This document shows, piece by piece, positions 28,571 through 37,305 of a DNA stretch of 62,506 nucleotides (positions are counted from its first letter, which is position 1; every line of letters starts with the position of its first letter). The position numbers and the translations under genes are program-made. The notes under the pieces were generated by a model. That model had not been told where the DNA came from, searched no databases, and saw only the letters and a program-made list of their open reading frames with translations. This DNA is from SAR324 cluster bacterium. Its GTDB lineage: Bacteria > SAR324 > NAC60-12. Location of the stretch: assembly GCA_028282505.1 (NCBI GenBank), contig JANQHV010000129.1:1-62506 (forward strand), read 5' to 3'.

Positions 28571-28610
28571 AAAAATGGGAAAAAATGGGAAAAAATGGGA
28601 AAAAATGGAG
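28571..28610 (+). repeat. Tandem 10-bp repeat (AAAAATGGGA x4, last imperfect), phased A-tracts
   Basis: Read directly: four consecutive 10-bp units about 120 bp upstream of the kinase start at 28732. Confidence 0.9.
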
Positions 28611-28731
28611 AGGAGAGGGCGGGTCACGGTCGCAACTATACTTAAGCGAAAGGATTGCTGATTATCTAATTTTCTGGTATCTTTTTAGGAATAAAAACCT
28701 TCACTGTTAATCCAGTGTTTTGGAAAACACG

Positions 28732-31533
28732 ATGGCTCAAAACACTTTATCCAAAACAGTTTTTTTGTTCTTTGGAATTCTGGTATACGCTACTCCTCTT
28801 CAGGCAAACTACCAGAATGTTTTGGTGGTTAATTCCTATCATGAAGGAATGCCCTGGAACGACAGTTTGATTGCAAGTATCAAGCAAACGTTCAAAGATC
28901 AAAAAGAACCTGTCAATCTGTATATTGAGTATCTGGATAGCAAGCGCATTCATGGTACGATATTCGACTATGAGACTTTGCAAGTTTATGGAATCAGCCC
29001 AAATAAACTTTCAACTGATAGTCGGCTGATCAATCAGTCGGAAACGTTTTTTCAACGTCACCAATCCCTGATTATTGCCTGTGGTATCATTTTTACAGGA
29101 TATGTGATTATACTGATTATTTTACTCTCAAATGTGAAACGGCGCAAAAACGCTGAAAGCACACTACGCTTGCACCAAGAACAATTAGGGGCGTTAGTAG
29201 AACAAAAAACCATTGAGTTAAAGAACAGTGAAGAACGCTATCGTCTATTATACAATGATACACCAGCAATGCTTCATTCTATTGATAAAGACGGTAACCT
29301 CATCAGTGTTAGTGATTATTGGCTGGAAACAATGGGATATGACCGTTCAGAAGTGATTGGCTCCAGTGTATTGACTTACCTGACAAAAGCTTGCCAGCAA
29401 CAAGTAAAAGAAGAGGCCATTCCGCGCTTGGTACAAGAGGGAAAGGTACAAAATTTTGCATACCAATTTGTGAAAAAAAGCGGAGAAATCATTGATATTG
29501 AATGGTCGGCGATTGCCCAACTTGACGCAAACGGAACATTTCGTCATTCCGTGGCTGTCTCATTTGATGTTACCAATCGTAAACAAGCCGAAAAAGCACT
29601 TCAGGAAAGCGTTGGGAAATTACAGGAAAGCGAAGAACGGCACCGCATGTTACTACAAAATGCAGGTATGGGAATTGGTTATTATACACCTCAAGGAGAG
29701 GCAGTCCTGTTTAATGAGCGGGCAATACAAAACCTGGAGGACATTTTCGGCCAAAACAACTATAAAGGCAAATCCGTTTATGAACTATTTGGCCAGGAAT
29801 TGGGGTCTTTCATCATGGAAAGGATCAAAACAACAATCAACAGTACAACACCTCAATACTTTGAAGACGAGTTTAACTTTCTAAACAGAAAAGTTTGGTT
29901 CTATTCTGTATTTAGTAAGTTGATCAATGAAACTGGAAAAGTGCTTGGTGTGCAAATCATATCTGATGATATAACACAACGTAAGCAGATGGAGGAGGAG
30001 TTGCGCATTGCCAAAGAACAGGCTGAGATTGCCAATCAAGCGAAAAGTGTGTATTTAGCCAATATGAGCCATGAAATCCGTACCCCGTTGAACTCCATTG
30101 TTGGTTTTGCTCAGATTTTATCAAATCAAGCACAAAAGCTCCCAGTATCCGATGATTTTAAGGCTTACCTACAACTCATACAAACCAGTGGTAATGATTT
30201 ATCAGAGCTGATTAATAATATACTGGATTTATCCAAAATTGAGGCAGGAAAAATTGATATTCAAAAAGAAACACTCAATCTCAGGCTTTTGATTCAGAGT
30301 ATTTTTCAAATCAACAAAGCTGAGGCCGCCAAACATGATATCTCATTACATTATGAATTTTCTTCACAATTACCAGAATTTGTGATTTCAGACCGCACCA
30401 AAATCAATCAGATTTTGATGAATCTTCTCAGCAATGCGATTAAATTCACTGCAGTGGCACAGCAAGCAAACCACACTGGTGAATCCACCACTCTTCCTGA
30501 AAATAAAAAGATTATACTCCGGGTCACACAAGAAAAGTTCCAGAGGGAATCCTGGCTTGTTTTTGAAGTAGAAGATGCGGGTATTGGTATTTCAAAGGAA
30601 GACCAGAAAACCATTTTTGAGCCTTTCCAACAGGCTGATAGAAACATAAACCGAAGGGTTAGAGGAAGTGGATTGGGGTTGGCCATCGTGAAAAGCATGG
30701 TCGACTTGCTGGGCGGAAAAATAAACCTGAAGAGTCATAAAGAAATGGACCAGTCTTCAGGGGGATCTTGTTTTACTGTGCATATCCCCTTGATGTCAGC
30801 TGAAGACAAAGAAACAGGACCGGGGCATTTGAATTGGGAAGATAATCACTTTTCAGAAAAAAACCGCATCCTGGTTGTGGAAGACAATCCAACCAATCAG
30901 AAGATGATTCAGGCATTATTTCGAGAATTGGGCTTGGAAATCGAGCTTGCTGCCAGTGGAGAGGAAGGCGTTGAAAAAACATTGGCTGCCAGTGAGAAAA
31001 ACCAACCGTTTGATTTGATCCTGATGGATATTCACATGCCTGAAGTGGATGGTATCGCGGCTAGTCAAAAAATTCAGTTATCCCCAGCATGTCACAAAAT
31101 TCCTATCATTGCTCTATCCGCTGAAGTATTTGACTTTCAACAACAAACGGCTCTGTCGGCAGGAATTTCTGACTATCTGCTCAAGCCGATTCAAGTCAAT
31201 GAGCTGGTAGCGATCTTAGTCAAATATTTAAAGCAGGATCAAACGGCTTCGACAGTTGAACAGATCCCCCGAAAGCCATTGCCCGATGATCTGAAGGTGC
31301 AACTACTCGATGAGTTCAAGACACTCGCTGAAATCCCTCATTTCTATAATAGACGTATTCGTATCCAAATTGATAAAATGACTGAACTGTGCAGGGCTCC
31401 GGACGGTAACCTCTATGAGTCACCTTATCTGGCAATTATGAGAAACATTCAGTACATGTCTGATTCTGGAAATTCTGAAGAGATATCAACATTAATCAAT
31501 GAGGCTCTCAATGTCCAATATTCTCGTTCTTGA
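28732..31533 (+). CDS. Hybrid sensor histidine kinase (short periplasmic region, 2 PAS, HisKA, HATPase, REC, C-terminal tail)
   Basis: VLVVNSYHEGMPWND...YIEYLDSKR (ABC_sub_bind-like N-terminus), TM, PAS regions, [33 protein letters not shown] ([13 protein letters not shown]). The tail is homologous to the tail of the 133-2502 protein. Confidence 0.9.
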   Translation: MAQNTLSKTVFLFFGILVYATPLQANYQNVLVVNSYHEGMPWNDSLIASIKQTFKDQKEPVNLYIEYLDSKRIHGTIFDYETLQVYGISPNKLSTDSRLINQSETFFQRHQSLIIACGIIFTGYVIILIILLSNVKRRKNAESTLRLHQEQLGALVEQKTIELKNSEERYRLLYNDTPAMLHSIDKDGNLISVSDYWLETMGYDRSEVIGSSVLTYLTKACQQQVKEEAIPRLVQEGKVQNFAYQFVKKSGEIIDIEWSAIAQLDANGTFRHSVAVSFDVTNRKQAEKALQESVGKLQESEERHRMLLQNAGMGIGYYTPQGEAVLFNERAIQNLEDIFGQNNYKGKSVYELFGQELGSFIMERIKTTINSTTPQYFEDEFNFLNRKVWFYSVFSKLINETGKVLGVQIISDDITQRKQMEEELRIAKEQAEIANQAKSVYLANMSHEIRTPLNSIVGFAQILSNQAQKLPVSDDFKAYLQLIQTSGNDLSELINNILDLSKIEAGKIDIQKETLNLRLLIQSIFQINKAEAAKHDISLHYEFSSQLPEFVISDRTKINQILMNLLSNAIKFTAVAQQANHTGESTTLPENKKIILRVTQEKFQRESWLVFEVEDAGIGISKEDQKTIFEPFQQADRNINRRVRGSGLGLAIVKSMVDLLGGKINLKSHKEMDQSSGGSCFTVHIPLMSAEDKETGPGHLNWEDNHFSEKNRILVVEDNPTNQKMIQALFRELGLEIELAASGEEGVEKTLAASEKNQPFDLILMDIHMPEVDGIAASQKIQLSPACHKIPIIALSAEVFDFQQQTALSAGISDYLLKPIQVNELVAILVKYLKQDQTASTVEQIPRKPLPDDLKVQLLDEFKTLAEIPHFYNRRIRIQIDKMTELCRAPDGNLYESPYLAIMRNIQYMSDSGNSEEISTLINEALNVQYSRS

Positions 31534-33139
31534 TGATGACCGTTATTTTCTCCAACGAATGACAATCTGTCTGGAATCCTTCGGATACTCCGTTGAAACT
31601 CTGATTGAACCCCAGTATTTATTTCAACTCCTGGAAGTCCATCTATCAGATCTAATCCTGTTAGATATCCATATGCCCGGAACAGATGGAGTGGCAGTGC
31701 TGCAACAATTAAAAACGCATGCAGAATATCAATCCATTCCAGTGATCATGTTAACGGCTGATATAGACAACCAGACACTATCAAAGTGCTTCGAGGCAGG
31801 AGCCATCGATTTCATCAATAAAGGCATTGACGAAAGCATCCTGAAAGCCCGAGTGAAGTCTGCATTGAAGACACGGGAATATTTCAAACAATTACAACAA
31901 GAAATCACTGAGCGTAAAAAAATAGAAGAGACGTTAAAGCTGGCTAAAGAACAGGCTGAATCCAGTAATCAGGCAAAATCACAGTTTCTGGCCAATATGA
32001 GCCATGAAATGCGAAACCCTTTGAACAACATTTTGCCACTCTCCGAATTTTTATTAAAAAACTCGGATGGCAATCTTACTTCTGGAGATCTGGATTGCAT
32101 TCAAGCCATCTATGATGCGGGAAAGGAACTCCATCTGCTGATTAAAGATCTCCTGGATTTTTCAAGCATAGAAGCAGGCAGAGTCGAAGTATTGAAAGAA
32201 GAAGTGGTATTGAATGCTTTAAGCCAGAACCTCACCCGCGACTTTCAACACCTGGTCGAGGAAAAAGGACTGACCTGGCATGTTCAAATTGCCCCTGATC
32301 TCTCTCCAACAATTATCTCTGATGAACAAAAAATCCGTCAAATTCTCAAAAATTTTGTTTCAAATGCTCTAAAATTCACTCATCAGGGAAGCATTCAAGT
32401 CCATTTTTATCCCATTCATGCAAAGGCAGGCGGAATAAAAAAAAGGGTCGCCTTGGAGATTTCTGATACAGGCATTGGGATTCCTCTGGAAAAACAAACC
32501 TCCATCTTTGATGTTTTTCAGCAGGGGGATGTCACCATACAAAAAAAATACGGAGGTTTTGGCCTGGGATTGGCCATTGTAAAAAACCTGACTTTTTTAC
32601 TGAAAGGCAAAATCCAATTACAGAGTGAAGAAGGCAAAGGAAGTACCTTCACTTTGCTGTTGCCAGAAACACTGCTAGACAAAAGTACAGACAGAGAAAA
32701 AATCCAAAAACAACTGCCCAGGAGTCAACGAGACAAAGACCTCTATTCAGATCCACAAATTTCTGAAGTCCTGGCAGATAAGAAAATATTGATTGTAGAT
32801 GATGAGATACGCAATATATTTACCTTGAAATCCATCCTTCAACAACACAAGGCTTCCATTTTGATAGGTAGAAATGGCAGAGAGGCCTTAGAACAATTGG
32901 AGCAACATCCAAATATCCAATTGATCATCATGGATATTGTGATGCCGGAAATGGATGGTTTTGAGGCCATACAAAACATCCGCCGTCAAAAAAATACTCA
33001 CCATATTCCAATCATTATCCTCTCGGCCAGAACACAGCCATTGGAGTGCAGCAAATGTCTGAATATGGGAGCTAATGAATTCTTAACAAAACCCTTAGAT
33101 GTTAAAAAATTGTTTAAAATATTGAGGAAGTATCTATAG
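31511..33139 (+). CDS. Hybrid histidine kinase REC-HisKA-HATPase-REC
   Basis: REC1 (ILVLDDD ... LLDIHMPGTDG), SHEMRNPLN, NFVSNALKF, DTGIGI, GGFGLGL, REC2 (IMDIVMPEMDG). The start overlaps the upstream kinase by 23 nt. Confidence 0.9.
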   Translation: MSNILVLDDDRYFLQRMTICLESFGYSVETLIEPQYLFQLLEVHLSDLILLDIHMPGTDGVAVLQQLKTHAEYQSIPVIMLTADIDNQTLSKCFEAGAIDFINKGIDESILKARVKSALKTREYFKQLQQEITERKKIEETLKLAKEQAESSNQAKSQFLANMSHEMRNPLNNILPLSEFLLKNSDGNLTSGDLDCIQAIYDAGKELHLLIKDLLDFSSIEAGRVEVLKEEVVLNALSQNLTRDFQHLVEEKGLTWHVQIAPDLSPTIISDEQKIRQILKNFVSNALKFTHQGSIQVHFYPIHAKAGGIKKRVALEISDTGIGIPLEKQTSIFDVFQQGDVTIQKKYGGFGLGLAIVKNLTFLLKGKIQLQSEEGKGSTFTLLLPETLLDKSTDREKIQKQLPRSQRDKDLYSDPQISEVLADKKILIVDDEIRNIFTLKSILQQHKASILIGRNGREALEQLEQHPNIQLIIMDIVMPEMDGFEAIQNIRRQKNTHHIPIIILSARTQPLECSKCLNMGANEFLTKPLDVKKLFKILRKYL

Positions 33140-33280
33140 ACTTTCAGATAATAAACTTGTAGTATAGGCATTGGAAGCCCACATGCCTCTACCTGTGATT
33201 GATGGGCACAGACATGTGGGCTTCCGAGGTCCCGGTCCGGCGTTCCGGTGCTACCAAATTATTTATCTGAAAGTCTATAG
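33134..33280. mobile_element. 147-bp nested palindromic (MITE-like) element filling the kinase-regulator spacer
   Basis: Outer arms CTATAGACTTTCAGATAA (33134-33151) and TTATCTGAAAGTCTATAG (33263-33280). Inner perfect 13-bp stem GGAAGCCCACATG (33173-33185) / CATGTGGGCTTCC (33213-33225). GC-rich core. Confidence 0.55.
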
Positions 33281-33298
33281 CAGCAGGAGGGAACAATC

Positions 33299-33967
33299 AT
33301 GCAAGCAATCAAAATTTTGCTGGTGGATGATGAACCACGAAACCGATTAACTTTGAAAAAATGGCTGGACTCTCCGGATCTTTTGTTATTGGAAGCAGAC
33401 TCTGGAGAAGAGGCATTGGAACTTGTTCTACAGCATGAATTTGCACTAATATTGTTAGATATCGAAATGTCCGAAATGGACGGTTTTGAAACAGCTGAAT
33501 TTATACGGAATAACCCAGATAGTCAAACAATTCCCATCATGTTTGTTACAGGAGTTTATACTGGCAAAGAGTCTGTCTTCAAAGGGTATGAAGTGGGAGC
33601 TGTCGACTATCTGTTGAAACCGATTGATCCGCACATTTTAAAAAGCAAAGTTAATTTTTTTGTGGAGGCCTATCAAGAAAAAACTCAATTAGAGAATGAG
33701 ATTACTGATCTGAGAAAACAAAGTGGCACGCATGTTAATGCAGTCCATCCCTCCCTTGATCATCTTTTAAGTCCACGGGAAACACAAGTATTAGAATTGA
33801 TTGTTGCCGGTAAGAGTTCAAAAATTATTGCTTTTGATTTGGGAGTCAGTGAACACACGGTCAATGCCCACCGGCGAAATATCATGGCAAAACTCGATGT
33901 CCACGACCTGGCTTCTTTGGTCAGCTTTGCCTTAATCCATCAACTCGTCAATCCCAAAACCGTGTAA
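33299..33967 (+). CDS. LuxR/FixJ-family response regulator (REC plus HTH)
   Basis: ILLVDDEP ... LLDIEMSEMDG ... LKP, and the C-terminal LSPRETQVLELIVAGKSSKIIAFDLGVSEHTVNAHRRNIMAKL. AGGAGG lies 8 nt upstream. Confidence 0.9.
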   Translation: MQAIKILLVDDEPRNRLTLKKWLDSPDLLLLEADSGEEALELVLQHEFALILLDIEMSEMDGFETAEFIRNNPDSQTIPIMFVTGVYTGKESVFKGYEVGAVDYLLKPIDPHILKSKVNFFVEAYQEKTQLENEITDLRKQSGTHVNAVHPSLDHLLSPRETQVLELIVAGKSSKIIAFDLGVSEHTVNAHRRNIMAKLDVHDLASLVSFALIHQLVNPKTV

Positions 33968-34035
33968 TGGTTGGTCGGTTTGCATTCCATTCATGAAAAT
34001 GTCATTCCAAGCACATGTGAAGAATCTCCGTGCAA

Positions 34036-34151
34036 CTAGTCACATTTAACTATTCTTTTTTACTTTCTCCTATCTTCTCATATCTACCTCCCTTCTTTTT
34101 TTTCATAAAATAACTATATCTGGCAATAGGTTTTTTCAGGAAAAGTAGATA
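34036..34151 (+). repeat. 116-bp pyrimidine-rich repeat, family 3, copy upstream of cheA2
   Basis: CTAGTCACAT(T/C)TAACTATTCTT...ATCTACCTCCCTTCT...CATAAAATA(A/G)CTATATCTGGC(A/G)ATAGGTTTTTTCAGG.AAAGTAGATA aligns with 36675-36790. Confidence 0.8.
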
Positions 34152-34219
34152 CTCTGCCAAATATACGGCAGACGGTAAAGTTTGCAGGTAGAGACCGTAA
34201 TATACGACAAAAAATCACT

Positions 34220-36568
34220 ATGATACAAATCCATGAAGATCAACAAGAACAAATCCTGGAATTTGTTTCCGAAATTACAGACATGCTGGATACCGTGGAA
34301 CCCACGTTGATTAACCTGGAGTCAACGGATGATCCTACAGAAATCGCCAGTACAGTGAATGATGTTTTTCGTTTGTTTCACAGTATGAAAGGTGGTGCTG
34401 GTTTTTTACAATTGAAGAATATTGAAAAGGTAACGCATTCGGCAGAAAACTTATTGCAGCATTTCCGTAAAGATCCAAACACATGGCATTCCGATTACCT
34501 GGAAGTATTAATACAGAGTGGTGATTTGATTCGTCAGATGCTGAACCAGGCAAAAGAAGATTTCAATGATAACTATTTTGAGGAGGAAGCTATGAGTCTA
34601 CTTGATCTGTTAGCAGAAAATCTAGACAGCTTGAACAAAGACCCTGATGCCGTTTCTGCAAAGCAAGAACCGACAAATCCACTTGTTCCAAATGCTGCAG
34701 AAACTTTCTCACCGCTTGATCTTCCAGGGCAGACTACTTCTCCTCACTTCCCTGATGAGGTTGAAATGAAAGAAAATATGTCTCAAACTTCTGTCAATAC
34801 CAAGGAGGTCTTTGTAAACAGTACAGAAGAGCATCTGGAAACAGCGGAAGGTGCTATTTTAGTATTGGAGCGGCTTGGAGAAGAAGTAGACCATCAGGAG
34901 TATCTTCATTCTATTCTTCGCAGTTTTCATACCATTAAAGGAAATGCGGGTTTTCTAGATCTCCCTTTGATTGAACGTTTGAGTCATAACGCAGAGACAG
35001 TTCTGGAAGAGGTAAAAGTTGGTAAACTGACCCTGGATGGGCAAAGTAGACAACTGATCCTGGAAGTGATTGATGTCTTGCGTGAAGGGACGGCTGCTCT
35101 TGCCCAGGGACAGCAATGTGATACAAAACGATTTGAGGAAATGGAAAACAAATTGGCGGCCTTTTCTTCCAATCCAACGCTGCTGGGAAATATTATGGTT
35201 GAGATGGGCACTGTCAAGCCGGGTGATGTGGAAGAGGCTCTCCAACATCAACGCTCTTCTTTGGGAAATATCCTGGTCAAGATGGGAAAAGCTGAACCCA
35301 AGGATGTGGAAAAAGCCCTAGTGACACAAAATATCCGGCAGAAAAAAACTCCTGTGGCCAAACCTTCAGTCATCAAAGCACAAGACATCCGTGTCAGTCT
35401 GGACAAATTGGATAAATTGATCGATTTAGTTGGAGAATTGGTCATTTCTGAAACCATGATTGCTCACCACCCTGCCCTGGAAAGTAACGAACTGGAAGAT
35501 TTACGAAATATGTCTCGCCAGTTGGCCCGCTATATTCGCGACCTTCAGGAAACAGCCATGTCCATGCGGATGGTACCTGTTTCTTCCGTTTTTCAGAAGA
35601 TGGTCCGGGTGGTCCACGACACTTCCAAAAAACTGGAAAAGAAAGTGAATCTGAAGATGGTCGGAGAAAAAACAGAAGTTGACAAAACTTTGGTAGAACA
35701 AGTGGCTGATCCATTGTTACATCTTATCCGCAATGCAGTCGATCATGGTATAGAAATGCCAGGTGACCGAGAGGCCTTAGGTAAACCAGCAACAGGCACC
35801 ATTCGACTGGAAGCACAGCATGTTGGCAATGAAGTCTGGATCATCATCGATGATGATGGAAAAGGGCTGAGTCGGGATATCATCTTGAATAAGGCCAAAG
35901 AAAAAGGATTGGTGACTGACAATGGAGAATCACTGACGGATGGAGAAGTTTGGAAACTGCTCTTAGAACCTGGTTTTTCGACTAAAGAAAAGGTGACAGA
36001 CCTCTCTGGACGTGGTGTGGGCATGGATGTGGTCAAACAGAATATCGAAAAACTGCGTGGCAGTATCAGCATCGAATCTCAGTTAGGAGCAGGCTCTATT
36101 TTTACCCTGAAAATTCCACTTACCTTGACCATCATTGATGGTTTACTCATTCGTGTGGCGAATACTTCTTATGCCTTGCCAACCAATACCATTAAAGAAA
36201 CACTCCGTCCTCAGGATTCCCAAATTACTAAAACGATGAATGGCTCCGAAATGCTGCGTCTTCGTGAAAAGATGCTTCCGATTTTACGACTTCATGACCT
36301 GTATCAGCTTGACACAGACATTACTCGGCTTTCGAAAGGAATGATTCTGGTGATTGAGCAGGCTGATAAAATGTTTTGTGTTTTTGTAGATTCGATCTTG
36401 GGGCAGCAACAAATCGTAGTGAAGGGACTGCCAGAATCCATGTCAAGGATACCTCATCTCTCTGGCTGCACTATTTTAGGGGATGGCCAGGTTGGTTTGA
36501 TCCTGGATGCAACCAGCTTATCGAAGATAACTCTCCATCTCAGAGCGAAGATGTCTAAAAACTTTTGA
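34220..36568 (+). CDS. cheA: Chemotaxis histidine kinase CheA, second paralogue (two Hpt domains, no recognisable P2)
   Basis: Hpt1 FHSMKGGAGFL, Hpt2 FHTIKGNAGFL, tandem LGNI(M/L)V motif (35180-35329). The P3-P5 region is highly similar to the 24659-27199 protein. Confidence 0.95.
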   Translation: MIQIHEDQQEQILEFVSEITDMLDTVEPTLINLESTDDPTEIASTVNDVFRLFHSMKGGAGFLQLKNIEKVTHSAENLLQHFRKDPNTWHSDYLEVLIQSGDLIRQMLNQAKEDFNDNYFEEEAMSLLDLLAENLDSLNKDPDAVSAKQEPTNPLVPNAAETFSPLDLPGQTTSPHFPDEVEMKENMSQTSVNTKEVFVNSTEEHLETAEGAILVLERLGEEVDHQEYLHSILRSFHTIKGNAGFLDLPLIERLSHNAETVLEEVKVGKLTLDGQSRQLILEVIDVLREGTAALAQGQQCDTKRFEEMENKLAAFSSNPTLLGNIMVEMGTVKPGDVEEALQHQRSSLGNILVKMGKAEPKDVEKALVTQNIRQKKTPVAKPSVIKAQDIRVSLDKLDKLIDLVGELVISETMIAHHPALESNELEDLRNMSRQLARYIRDLQETAMSMRMVPVSSVFQKMVRVVHDTSKKLEKKVNLKMVGEKTEVDKTLVEQVADPLLHLIRNAVDHGIEMPGDREALGKPATGTIRLEAQHVGNEVWIIIDDDGKGLSRDIILNKAKEKGLVTDNGESLTDGEVWKLLLEPGFSTKEKVTDLSGRGVGMDVVKQNIEKLRGSISIESQLGAGSIFTLKIPLTLTIIDGLLIRVANTSYALPTNTIKETLRPQDSQITKTMNGSEMLRLREKMLPILRLHDLYQLDTDITRLSKGMILVIEQADKMFCVFVDSILGQQQIVVKGLPESMSRIPHLSGCTILGDGQVGLILDATSLSKITLHLRAKMSKNF

Positions 36569-36674
36569 CTCAATGTAATTAGGGCCTGTCAATAATTTTG
36601 AAAGCATAAATCAAACCAAGATTATTTGAATATAACTAAGACCCTGGTTCTAAATTTAAATTAATTGACAATCG

Positions 36675-36790
36675 CTAGTCACATCTAACTATTCTTCTTT
36701 ACATTCTCCTATTTTTTTACATCTACCTCCCTTCTCTTTCTCCATAAAATAGCTATATCTGGCGATAGGTTTTTTCAGGCAAAGTAGATA
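36675..36790 (+). repeat. 116-bp pyrimidine-rich repeat, family 3, copy downstream of cheA2
   Basis: See 34036-34151. Same orientation and same length. Confidence 0.8.
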
Positions 36791-36961
36791 TACTTTCAAA
36801 AAATCAGCAATCACCCACATGCTGGATGCTAAGGCAGCGTCGTTTAAAACAAATACAAGTTTTTTAGGGCTGGCATCCATTGAGCATTTGAGTCATCAAG
36901 CAGCAACGGTTGTGGAAACAAATGAAAGATGGCAAACGGCCCCTGGATGAGCAATGTTCTG

Positions 36962-37171
36962 TTGTTTTTTGAAACTCTCAACAAAGGATTAACTATGACT
37001 GATGAGGTATTAGAAATTCCACGTCCCCCACAGGCTTTATATACCAAGGGAAGCATCAATTTGCGTGGTCAAGTTCTTCAGGTCATTGATCTGTGGGCAA
37101 GATTTATATTCAAAACTAGTCTTAAGGTGATTTGCAAAAAAGGAAATACCATATCCCTTAAATTTCCCTAG
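36962..37171 (+). pseudogene. cheW: cheW remnant (internal deletion and 3' truncation)
   Basis: 36962-37105 matches the 5' leader and start of cheW at 39516 onward (TTGTTTTTTGAAACT.TCAACAAAGGA.TAA.TATG.CTGATGA). It then jumps to the YTKG.INLRGQV..VIDL.ARF segment, skipping about 135 nt, and homology ends after AGATTT. The residual ORF encodes 59 aa. Confidence 0.75.
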
Positions 37172-37305
37172 CCTCTTTTGACAAAGGGGGAACACTTAAC
37201 TTGATTTCTATGAACAAGTAAAAATAGTGGGCTGTATACAGAGATTTCCCCCTTGAACCAATTTCATTGGGGTCACCTTTTTCACAAATTACCTGAGGAG
37301 ATAAT

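Noticed and set aside
28571-28610. Possible CRISPR array or minisatellite
   Set aside because: The units are only 10 bp and directly abutting with no spacers, and no cas genes are present. It is better described as phased A-tracts.
34036-34151. Sigma-54 (TGGCAC-N5-TTGC) or sigma-28 (TAAA-N15-GCCGATAA) promoter inside the 116-bp repeat
   Set aside because: CTGGCAATAGGTTTTTT has the GG but TT instead of GC at the -12 position. The GCCAAATA downstream of copy 1 is not conserved in copy 2.
36689-37059. Minus-strand ORFs 36689-36880 and 36844-37059
   Set aside because: They lie antisense across repeat family 3 and the cheW remnant and have no motifs. The region is better explained by those elements.
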